Shown here piece by piece: positions 18,332 to 26,271 of a DNA stretch of 32,000 nucleotides (its first letter is position 1; every line of letters starts with the position of its first letter). A model generated the notes under the pieces. The model saw only the letters and a program-made list of their open reading frames with translations, made no database searches and was not told where the DNA came from. The stretch lies in the NCBI GenBank assembly GCA_014251975.1, contig CP059204.1:1-32000 (forward strand). The letters are read 5' to 3'. A program made the translations under genes and the position numbers. Source of the stretch: Blattabacterium cuenoti (GTDB taxonomy: Bacteria > Bacteroidota > Bacteroidia > Flavobacteriales > Blattabacteriaceae).

Positions 18332-21250
18332 ATGTTAAAAAAAACGATTAGTAAAGATAAACACAATTACTATATGAAAGAAAATTATGAAAAAATAAAT
18401 TTTTTTTCTAGACATATAGGCCCATCTACTTATGAAATAGATGAAATGTTAAAAACTGTTAAATGTAATTCTATTTATGAATTTATAAAAAAAACTATAC
18501 CTAAAAATATTTTTTTCAGTAAAATTAACAAAATTCCTAATTCTATTTCTGAATATCAGTATTTAAAACACATAAAAAATGTGGGTAAAAAAAATAAAAT
18601 TTATAAATCTTATATAGGGTTAGGATTTAAAAATACTATTACTCCAAGTGTTATACAAAGAAACATTTTAGAAAATCCTAGTTGGTATACCTCTTATACT
18701 CCATATCAATCTGAAATATCTCAAGGTAGATTGGAAGCTTTAATTAATTTTCAAACTATTATTTCTGATTTAACTAGTATGGATATTAGTAATGCATCAA
18801 TGTTAGATGAATCTTCAGCAGCAGCTGATGCTGTTTTAATGATTTTTAGAAAAAAAATAAAAGAAAAAAAAATTGAAAATAATTTTTATTTTTTTATTTC
18901 AAAAGAAATTTTTCCACAAACTATTAATGTTATTAAAACAAGATGTGCAGGGCTAAAAATAAATTTTATAGTAGATTACTACAATAACATAAAAAAATAT
19001 AATATAAAAAAAATATTTGGTATAATTATATCTTACCCTACTTGTACAGGTGATATATATGATTATTCAATATTTATAAAATATCTTAAAAAATATAAAA
19101 TTGATATAATAGTATCTACAGATCTACTTTCATTATCTTTATTAAAACCACCAGGAGAATGGGGTGCAGATGTTGTAATTGGAACAAGTCAAAATTTTGG
19201 CATACCTATGGGATATGGTGGGCCACATGCAGCATTTTTTTCAACAAAAAAAGAATATACAAGATATATACCTGGTAGAATTATTGGTATATCTATAGAT
19301 AAATCAAATAAAACTGTTTTTAGAATGGCATTGCAAACTAGAGAACAACACATAAAAAGAGAAAAAGCTACTTCAAATATATGTACTTCTCAAGTATTAC
19401 CTGCTATTATGTCATCTATGTATGCTATATTTCACGGTAAAAATGGGTTGATAAAAATTGCAAAAAATATTCATAAAAAAACTACAAAATTAGAATATTT
19501 ATTAATTAATAATATTAAAAATATTAAGCAAACTAATAAATATTATTTCGATACTATAAAGTTAAGAACTATATATTCTAATCATTTAATTAGAGAAATA
19601 GCAGAAAGAAAAATGACTAATTTTAGATATATAGATTCACATAATTTAACAATTACTTTAGATGAAAGTACTTCTAATAATGATGTTATAGATATATTAT
19701 CAATATTTTTAGAGTTTAATGGAGAAAAAAAAAATTATAATTTAAATATAAAAAAAAATATAAATAAAATTCCTTCTGTATTAAAAAGAAAATCTGATTT
19801 TTTATACAATGATATTTTCAATAAGTATTATTCTGAAAACGAATTAATGCGATATATTAAACGTTTAGAAAAAAAAGATATTTCTTTAAATCATTCTATG
19901 ATTGCATTAGGATCATGTACAATGAAATTAAATTCTGCTACAGAACTATTTTCATTAACACAAGATGAATGGAAAGATATACATCCATTTGTTCCTTATT
20001 CACAATCTAATGGATATAATTTTATTATAAACAAATTAGAAAAATATTTAAAAGAAATAACTGGATTTTCTAAAGTATCTTTTCAACCTAATTCAGGATC
20101 TCAAGGAGAATATGCAGGTCTAATGGTAATTAAAAATTATCATAATTATATTAAACAATATGAAAGAAATATTGCATTAATTCCTGCTTCTTCACATGGT
20201 ACAAATCCAGCTTCAGCTAGTATTGCTGGTATGAAAATAGTATTAATATCTACTAAAAATGATGGATCTATTGATATAGATGATTTATTAATAAAATCTA
20301 AAAAATATGCTAATTATTTATCTGTTTGTATGATTACTTATCCATCAACACATGGTGTTTATGAAATTAATATTAGAAAAATAATAAATATTATACATAA
20401 ATATGGTGGACAAGTATATATGGATGGAGCGAACATGAATGCTCAAATAGGATTAATTAATCCAGCAAATTTAGGGATAGATATATGTCACATAAATTTA
20501 CATAAAACATTTGCAATACCACATGGTGGTGGTGGGCCTGGTATGGGTCCAATATGTGTAGCAGAACATTTAATTAAATTTCTACCTAATCATCCTTTTG
20601 ATAATAATAAAGAAAAAAATTTGAATAATAAAAAAATTTTGACAGTTTCTTCTACTCCATATGGATCTTCTTTAATATTATCTATATCATATGCTTACAT
20701 ACGTTTATTAGGCCCAGATGGATTAAAAAAATGTACAGAAATATCATTATTAAATGCTAATTACATTAAAGAAAAATTAAAAAAGTATTATAAAATATTA
20801 TATACAGGAAAAAATAATATGGTAGCACATGAATTTATAATAGACTGTAGAATTTTTAATTCTGTTGGAATAAACGTTACAGATATTGCAAAAAGAATGA
20901 TGGATTATGGGTTTCATGCACCTACTGTATCTTTTCCAGTAAAAGGATGTATGATGATAGAACCTACTGAAAGTGAATCTAAAATGGAATTAGATCGTTT
21001 TATTGAAACATTAATTGAAATAAGAAACGAAATTAAAGAAATTGAAATTGGAAAATACTCTAAAGAAGAAAATGTTTTAAAAAATGCCCCTCATAGCATT
21101 GAAACATTAACTAATGACTATTGGAATTATCCTTATACCAGAAAAAAAGCAGGATATCCACTATCTTGGGTAAGAGATAGAAAGTTTTATATTCCAATTA
21201 GTAGAATTGATGAAGCTTACGGTGATAGAAATTTATGCACTTGTATTTAG
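18332..21250 (+). CDS. gcvP: Glycine dehydrogenase (decarboxylating), glycine cleavage system P protein
   Basis: 972-aa ORF with the N-terminal F.RHIGPS motif, TPYQSEISQGRLEAL, and the PLP-lysine context NLHKTFAIPHGGGGPGMGPI. The second in-frame ATG at 18374 (MKENYEKINFFSRHIGPS) fits family N-termini better than 18332. Confidence 0.93.
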   Translation: MLKKTISKDKHNYYMKENYEKINFFSRHIGPSTYEIDEMLKTVKCNSIYEFIKKTIPKNIFFSKINKIPNSISEYQYLKHIKNVGKKNKIYKSYIGLGFKNTITPSVIQRNILENPSWYTSYTPYQSEISQGRLEALINFQTIISDLTSMDISNASMLDESSAAADAVLMIFRKKIKEKKIENNFYFFISKEIFPQTINVIKTRCAGLKINFIVDYYNNIKKYNIKKIFGIIISYPTCTGDIYDYSIFIKYLKKYKIDIIVSTDLLSLSLLKPPGEWGADVVIGTSQNFGIPMGYGGPHAAFFSTKKEYTRYIPGRIIGISIDKSNKTVFRMALQTREQHIKREKATSNICTSQVLPAIMSSMYAIFHGKNGLIKIAKNIHKKTTKLEYLLINNIKNIKQTNKYYFDTIKLRTIYSNHLIREIAERKMTNFRYIDSHNLTITLDESTSNNDVIDILSIFLEFNGEKKNYNLNIKKNINKIPSVLKRKSDFLYNDIFNKYYSENELMRYIKRLEKKDISLNHSMIALGSCTMKLNSATELFSLTQDEWKDIHPFVPYSQSNGYNFIINKLEKYLKEITGFSKVSFQPNSGSQGEYAGLMVIKNYHNYIKQYERNIALIPASSHGTNPASASIAGMKIVLISTKNDGSIDIDDLLIKSKKYANYLSVCMITYPSTHGVYEINIRKIINIIHKYGGQVYMDGANMNAQIGLINPANLGIDICHINLHKTFAIPHGGGGPGMGPICVAEHLIKFLPNHPFDNNKEKNLNNKKILTVSSTPYGSSLILSISYAYIRLLGPDGLKKCTEISLLNANYIKEKLKKYYKILYTGKNNMVAHEFIIDCRIFNSVGINVTDIAKRMMDYGFHAPTVSFPVKGCMMIEPTESESKMELDRFIETLIEIRNEIKEIEIGKYSKEENVLKNAPHSIETLTNDYWNYPYTRKKAGYPLSWVRDRKFYIPISRIDEAYGDRNLCTCI

Positions 21251-22279
21251 TTCTTTTACTAATTTTGGATATGGCGTAATATCAATATTGTCAAATAATT
21301 TATGTTCATATTTTAAAACTCCAGAAATAGCTATCATTGCCCCATTATCGGTAGAAAATTCTATTTTAGGTATGAAAATTTCCCAATTATTTTTATTTGC
21401 AAAATTTATAAACATATTTCTTATTTTTTTATTTGCTGATACTCCACCAGACAATGCTACTCTATATATTTTAGTTTTTATAATAGCTTTTTCTACTTTT
21501 TCTAATAAAATCTCTGTTAATTTTTGTTGAATTGAAGCACATAAATCATGTATATTATTTTGTAAAAAAAAAGAATCTTTTTTTAATTCTTTTTTTACTA
21601 ATTGATATATATAACTTTTTATACCACTAAAACTAAAGTTTAAATTTTCTACTAATGGCGTAGGTAAATTAAAAATGTTATTGCAATTACCATTTTTTGA
21701 AAATTTTTCTATTATAGGGCCACCTGGATATTGAAATCCGAAAATTCTAGCTACTTTATCAAAAGTATTTCCTATAGAATCATCTAATGTAGTTCCTAAT
21801 ATTTTCATACAGAAAAAATCATTTACTTGAATTATTAATGTATGCCCACCACTTATTACTAAACATAAAAAAGGAAATTTAGGATAAGACTCATTAATAT
21901 TTGAATATTTTATAAAATGAGTTAATACATGTGCTTTTATATGGTTTATACCTATTAATGGTATATTTAATCCAATAGATAAAGATTTTGCAAAAGAAGA
22001 TCCAACTAATAAAGAACCTATTAATCCAGGACCCATAGTGACAGAAACAGCATCAATTTGATATATGTTAATATTTGCATATTTAATAGCTTTATTGAAT
22101 ACTATTGGTAAATTTTTATCGTGTAGTCTTGAAGCTAATTCTGGGACTACACCTCCATATTCTCTATGAATTTTTTGATTAATAATAACATTTGACAATA
22201 TATTTCTTTTTTTTATTAATGATATTGCAGTATCGTCACAAGAAGATTCAATACCAATAACTATTGGATATTTTTTCAT
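21233..22279 (-). CDS. tsaD: tRNA N6-adenosine threonylcarbamoyltransferase TsaD
   Basis: 348-aa ORF with GIESSCDDTA, the metal-binding HxxxH context NHIKAHVLTH, GGVVPELASRLH and GGVSAN. Its 3' end overlaps the gcvP 3' end by 18 nt (convergent). Confidence 0.92.
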   Translation of the reverse strand: MKKYPIVIGIESSCDDTAISLIKKRNILSNVIINQKIHREYGGVVPELASRLHDKNLPIVFNKAIKYANINIYQIDAVSVTMGPGLIGSLLVGSSFAKSLSIGLNIPLIGINHIKAHVLTHFIKYSNINESYPKFPFLCLVISGGHTLIIQVNDFFCMKILGTTLDDSIGNTFDKVARIFGFQYPGGPIIEKFSKNGNCNNIFNLPTPLVENLNFSFSGIKSYIYQLVKKELKKDSFFLQNNIHDLCASIQQKLTEILLEKVEKAIIKTKIYRVALSGGVSANKKIRNMFINFANKNNWEIFIPKIEFSTDNGAMIAISGVLKYEHKLFDNIDITPYPKLVKELNTSA

Positions 22280-22402
22280 AATAAAAATTATGATATTTTT
22301 TTTTGTAAAAAAAAATACATAAAAAAAAATTAAAGTTAAAAATAAAATTTATTTTAAAAATATTTTTATATTTTGCTTTATATTATTTTTAAATTTTTAG
22401 AG

Positions 22403-22890
22403 ATGATAATAAAATATAATACAGATGAAATAGATAATACTATTGTAAAAAAATTGAATCTAGATGCTAGAACCCCGTATACTAAAATTAGTGAACAAAT
22501 AAGTAAAAAAATTTAATCATTATCTGTTGGTACTGTTTATGTTAGAGTTAAAAAGTTAGTAAACGCAGGAATAATTAAAGGAAGTTCTTTAATTATAGAA
22601 TATAAATTATTAGGATTTAATTTTATATCTTTTATAGGAATTTTATCTGATTTTAGAAAATATAGATTAGTAAAATAAGAATTAAAAAAAATTACTAATA
22701 TAGTTCAATTGTATATTACGTCTGGTAAATATAATATAATTTATTTTGTAAAATTATAACTAAAAATTCTTCAAAAGCTATAGATTTAATATATAAAATT
22801 GGAGAAATTAATGGAGTACTTAGAACTGAATCAACAATATGTTTAGAAGAAATTATTTACGATGAAAATAGATTGTTATCTAGCATATAA
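22403..22890 (+). pseudogene. Lrp/AsnC-family transcriptional regulator, pseudogene (2 in-frame TAA stops + 1 frameshift)
   Basis: Hand translation from ATG 22403 gives MIIKYNTDEIDNTIVKKLNLDARTPYTKISEQISKKI*SLSVGTVYVRVKKLVNAGIIKGSSLIIEYKLLGFNFISFIGILSDFRKYRLVK*ELKKITNIVQLYITSGKYNII. After a -1 frame change near 22744-22747 it continues CKIITKNSSKAIDLIYKIGEINGVLRTESTICLEEIIYDENRLLSSI*. This matches the Lrp/AsnC layout: HTH (D.R....LA...G.S...V..R...L...G.I) followed by the RAM domain (.TG.YD....V......L......L..I.GV..T.T...L). The stops are at 22514-22516 and 22676-22678. The ORF track shows nothing here because every piece is short. Confidence 0.78.
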
Positions 22891-22981
22891 AAAAAGACCA
22901 AATAACAAAAAAATATAATAAATTAAATGAAATAACTAATTAAAATTTTTATACAAAAAAAATTAATATAATATTACTTAA

Positions 22982-23012
22982 TGTATTAATACTCTATTGT
23001 TGTATTAATACT
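22982..23012. repeat. Two copies of a 12-mer, tgtattaatact (22982-22993 and 23001-23012), each containing the perfect 10-bp palindrome gtattaatac
   Basis: Read directly from the sequence, with 19-bp spacing. Located in the gene-free spacer 92 nt downstream of the Lrp pseudogene stop. Confidence 0.6.
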
Positions 23013-23063
23013 ATATGTTTTAAATAGTAAAATAATTGGTTGGTATATTACAACATTAAAAAG

Positions 23064-23087
23064 TATCTTATTATATCTTATTATATA
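23064..23087. repeat. Tandem 10-bp repeat tatcttatta x2 plus a partial third unit
   Basis: Read directly from the sequence: tatcttatta tatcttatta tata, within the gene-free spacer. Confidence 0.6.
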
Positions 23088-23320
23088 CCTGTATGGTAGT
23101 AATTAAAATTATTTTATAACATATTAAAATTGGTAAATTATAAAATAAATAATAATATAATTTAGCTTGTTTTATAAAAACAAATTATGGTAGTAGAGTA
23201 GCTTATATTTTTTTTATTATAAAAAAAAAGACTCCATTATTAAAAATAAATAAAAAATATTTTTATTATTATATATAATAATAAAATTAAATATATATAC
23301 CAAAAACAATATATAAATTA

Positions 23321-23352
23321 TTTGTTTTTTTAGTCTATCTGCTTTAGATTTG
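23321..23352 (+). promoter_or_regulatory. Candidate Bacteroidota-type promoter (-33 TTTG, 20-nt spacer, -7 TAGATTTG) for the tRNA cluster
   Basis: TTTG at 23321-23324 and TAGATTTG (TAnnTTTG) at 23345-23352, ending 16 nt before the tRNA-Ser 5' end. The spacing fits the 19-21 nt known for Bacteroidota promoters. Confidence 0.4.
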
Positions 23353-23368
23353 TTTTTGTTTTGTTTTT

Positions 23369-23456
23369 GGAGAATTGCCGGAGTGGTTAACGGAACAGTT
23401 TGCTAAACTGTCGATATATAAACAATATCGCGTGGGTTCGAACCCCACATTCTCCG
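23369..23456 (+). tRNA. tRNA-Ser (anticodon GCU)
   Basis: Hand-folded cloverleaf. Acceptor ggagaat/attctcc, anticodon stem acagt/actgt with loop ttGCTaa, long variable arm cgatat-ataaaca-atatcg (class II tRNA), and T-arm gtggg-ttcgaac-cccac. No encoded CCA. Confidence 0.9.
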
Positions 23457-23483
23457 TTTTTTTTTACATTACTTATTTACGTA

Positions 23484-23557
23484 CGGGGTATAGCGTAGTC
23501 AGGTATCGCGCCTGGTTTGGGACCAGGAGGTCGTAGGTTCAAATCCTGCTACCCCGA
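23484..23557 (+). tRNA. tRNA-Pro (anticodon UGG)
   Basis: Acceptor cggggta/taccccg, anticodon stem cctgg/ccagg with loop ttTGGga, and T-arm gtagg-ttcaaat-cctgc. No encoded CCA. Confidence 0.9.
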
Positions 23558-23559
23558 TT

Positions 23560-23633
23560 GATCGCGTAGCTCAAATGGATAGAGCAACTGCCTTCTAAGC
23601 AGTAGGTTACAGGTTCGAATCCTGTCGTGATCA
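23560..23633 (+). tRNA. tRNA-Arg (anticodon UCU)
   Basis: Acceptor gatcgcg/cgtgatc, D-stem gctc/gagc, anticodon stem actgc/gcagt with loop ctTCTaa, and T-arm acagg-ttcgaat-cctgt. It starts 2 nt after tRNA-Pro. Its last 3 nt are the complement of the clpP stop codon. Confidence 0.9.
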
Positions 23634-24320
23634 TTTTTCTGTTTTATTATTTTCTTTTTTAATTAATACTTCATCTATCATTCCATATTCTTTAGCTTCT
23701 TTAGCACTCATCCAAAAATTCCTATTTGAATCTTTTTCTATTTTTTTTATAGATAATCCTGAATGAATAGATAGAATTTTATTTAGTTCATTTTTTAATT
23801 TTAATATTTCTTTTACAGTAATTTCAATATCTGATGCTTGACCACTTGTATTCCCTACAGGTTGATGTATCATTATCCTAGAATGTTTTAATGCTAATCT
23901 TTTTTTTTCATGTCCAGAACATAGTAAAACTGCAGCCATAGATGCAGCCATACCTGTGCAAATTGTAGAAACATCTGGATCTATAATTTGCATTGTATCA
24001 TATATACCTAATCCTGAATAAATATCACCCCCTGGAGAATTTATATAAATTTGAATATCTTTTTTAGGATCTGTAGATTGTAAAAATAATAATTGAGCTT
24101 GTACAATATTTGCTACTTGATCTTCTATAACAGTACCCAAAAAAATAATTCTATCCATCATCAAACGAGAAAAAACATCCATTTGTGCAACATTTAATTG
24201 TCTTTCTTCAACTATATATGGGGTCATACATCTAACATATTGATCTATAATTAGACTACAAATTTTTTTATGTTTAGTAGCGTATTTTATAAATTCATCT
24301 GATATTTTTTGATAATTCAT
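23631..24320 (-). CDS. clpP: ATP-dependent Clp protease proteolytic subunit ClpP
   Basis: 229-aa ORF with IYINSPGG, the catalytic-Ser context CTGMAASMAAVLL, and the His context RIMIHQP. Confidence 0.93.
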   Translation of the reverse strand: MNYQKISDEFIKYATKHKKICSLIIDQYVRCMTPYIVEERQLNVAQMDVFSRLMMDRIIFLGTVIEDQVANIVQAQLLFLQSTDPKKDIQIYINSPGGDIYSGLGIYDTMQIIDPDVSTICTGMAASMAAVLLCSGHEKKRLALKHSRIMIHQPVGNTSGQASDIEITVKEILKLKNELNKILSIHSGLSIKKIEKDSNRNFWMSAKEAKEYGMIDEVLIKKENNKTEK

Positions 24321-24425
24321 TTTTTTTATACGAATTAATAACTTTTTTATTAAAGTTACTTAAATTTTTGACGTGAAATAGTTCAAGTTTAAATTTTAAA
24401 AATTTTCTAAAAAAAATATTAAAAT

Positions 24426-25892
24426 TTGTACAAAAAATTAGCAATACAGACAATTATTTATTCTATAGGATTAATTTTACCAAAGCTAATAAATTATTCC
24501 TTATTAAAATTTTTTACTTTTTATTTAAAAAGAGAAGAATTTTCACTTTATACAGATATGTATTCTTTATCTTTTTTAATTATAGGGTTTTTATCTTTTG
24601 GATTAGAAAATACTTATTTTAGATTTTTATATAAAAAAAAATATTACGAAAAAATTACAATTTTTTCTACTGGTATTATTACACAATTTTTAATTATTAC
24701 TTTATTTTTAATATTTTTTTCTTATTACGTAGAAGAATTAATAATTTTAGCTGGATATGTAGCACATCCAGAATATTTTTTAATGTTTTTTTTAATTATA
24801 ATTATTGATACAATTTGCGTATTACCAATGTCTTGGTTGCGTATACATGAAAAACCATTAGTATATACTTTTATAAATCTTTTTATAATATTAATACAAT
24901 CATTATTAACAACATATATGTTTTTTTGTTATAACAATTTATTTTTATTAAAACAAAATAACTTATTTTTTATTTTTTTTAAATTAATAAATAATTTTAC
25001 AGATAAAACTGGATGTATTTTTTTATCAAATACAATATCTTCTATAATAAATTTTTTTTCAATATTTTATATTTTTATAAAATATGTAAGAATTAAAAGA
25101 TTTAATATCACTATTTCCAAAAGAATGATTAAATATGGAATTCCAATTATGTTAGGTACTATATCATTTTCTATTAATGAAAATTTGGATAAAGTTTTAA
25201 TTAAAAGATGGTTATCTGATGATATTAATGGTGCATATTCTGCGTGTTATAAAATAGCAGCTATAATGAGTTTATATATGAGAGTTTTTAAATTAGGAGT
25301 AGAACCCTTTTTTTTTAAAAAATCCAAAAAGTCTAATTCTAAATATTATTACGAAGAAATTATTTATCTATTTATTTTATTTGGATTGTTGATTTATGTA
25401 TTAATATGTTGTAATATTTATATACTTGTAAATTTTCTAATTAATCAACGATATCATTTCGCAATTCCAATTATTCCAATAATTATGATAAGTAATTTAT
25501 TTTTAGGAATATATACTAATATATCTATTTTTTATAAAATATCAGATAAGCCAATAATTGGTACTTATATTTCTTTAACTGGAGTATTAGTTACATTTAT
25601 GTTTAATATATTATTTATACTTTCACAAAGTAGAGACTTTATGACACCTGCTTGGGGAACATTTACTTCTTATGGTAGTATGTTGATAATTTTATACTTC
25701 TGGAGTAAAAGTAAATTCTTAAATTTTTATAGGACTATTATTGATATATTTATCCATTTATTTATATCTATGTTAATTATATCATTAACTAATGAAATTA
25801 ATTCTATTATAATTAATTTTTTTGTTCAATTTATATATTTAACAACAATTTTTTTTATGGAAAAAAAAAGAATTTTGTATTTATTAAAGTAA
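24426..25892 (+). CDS. Polysaccharide/oligosaccharide flippase family membrane protein (MOP superfamily, Wzx-like)
   Basis: 488-aa ORF with about 12-14 hydrophobic segments. The N-terminus (M)YKKLAIQTIIYSIG...LINYSLL...T..L..EEFSLYTDMYS...GLENTYFRF resembles the Bacteroidota 'polysaccharide biosynthesis protein' family start, as I recall it. The start codon is TTG at 24426. The substrate is unknown. Confidence 0.6.
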   Translation: MYKKLAIQTIIYSIGLILPKLINYSLLKFFTFYLKREEFSLYTDMYSLSFLIIGFLSFGLENTYFRFLYKKKYYEKITIFSTGIITQFLIITLFLIFFSYYVEELIILAGYVAHPEYFLMFFLIIIIDTICVLPMSWLRIHEKPLVYTFINLFIILIQSLLTTYMFFCYNNLFLLKQNNLFFIFFKLINNFTDKTGCIFLSNTISSIINFFSIFYIFIKYVRIKRFNITISKRMIKYGIPIMLGTISFSINENLDKVLIKRWLSDDINGAYSACYKIAAIMSLYMRVFKLGVEPFFFKKSKKSNSKYYYEEIIYLFILFGLLIYVLICCNIYILVNFLINQRYHFAIPIIPIIMISNLFLGIYTNISIFYKISDKPIIGTYISLTGVLVTFMFNILFILSQSRDFMTPAWGTFTSYGSMLIILYFWSKSKFLNFYRTIIDIFIHLFISMLIISLTNEINSIIINFFVQFIYLTTIFFMEKKRILYLLK

Positions 25893-25906
25893 TAATATTT
25901 TATAGT

Positions 25907-26260
25907 ATGAAAAATAATTCATCAATATTTATTTTTCCTAAAATTAAAAAAAAATTTTTACTTAAATATTTAGATAGAAGAATTTTATCAACAAATTTTA
26001 AAATTAAATATTATAGTTTAAATTTTTTTTATAAAATAAAAAAAATTTTCATTAAAGCTATTTGCATTATTCATGTTACAAAAAATAAAAATATTAAAAT
26101 AATTGTTATAAATCCCTTAAAAAAAAATATTTTTATTAAACCTAATAGAGTACTAGTCTGTGTAAATATAATTTATAAATATAAAATTAAATGGGTTCCT
26201 ACTAAGTCTTTGAAAAAAAGCAAAAGAGGATTAAATTGTTTTGGTAGCACTGGAATATAA
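25907..26260 (+). CDS. dut: dUTPase-derived ORF with only motif 5 intact (probably not a functional dUTPase)
   Basis: 117-aa ORF ending in KRGLNCFGSTGI, which is dUTPase motif 5 (RG..GFGS[TS]G) at the exact C-terminal position. The last 56 residues and LKYLDRRILSTNFKIK align by hand to trimeric dUTPases (L.P..R.I..TG..I.). Motifs 1-4 are deleted or substituted. See findings. Confidence 0.55.
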   Translation: MKNNSSIFIFPKIKKKFLLKYLDRRILSTNFKIKYYSLNFFYKIKKIFIKAICIIHVTKNKNIKIIVINPLKKNIFIKPNRVLVCVNIIYKYKIKWVPTKSLKKSKRGLNCFGSTGI

Positions 26261-26271
26261 ACAAAAAAATA

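Noticed and set aside
21207-21530. 107-aa plus-strand ORF following the gcvP end
   Set aside because: It lies almost entirely antisense to tsaD, whose motifs are unambiguous.
22280-22402. Promoter boxes in the tsaD / lrp-pseudogene divergent spacer (for example tatattttg)
   Set aside because: It is one base off the TAnnTTTG spacing (it reads TAnTTTG or TAnnTTTT). Too weak to call in AT-rich sequence.
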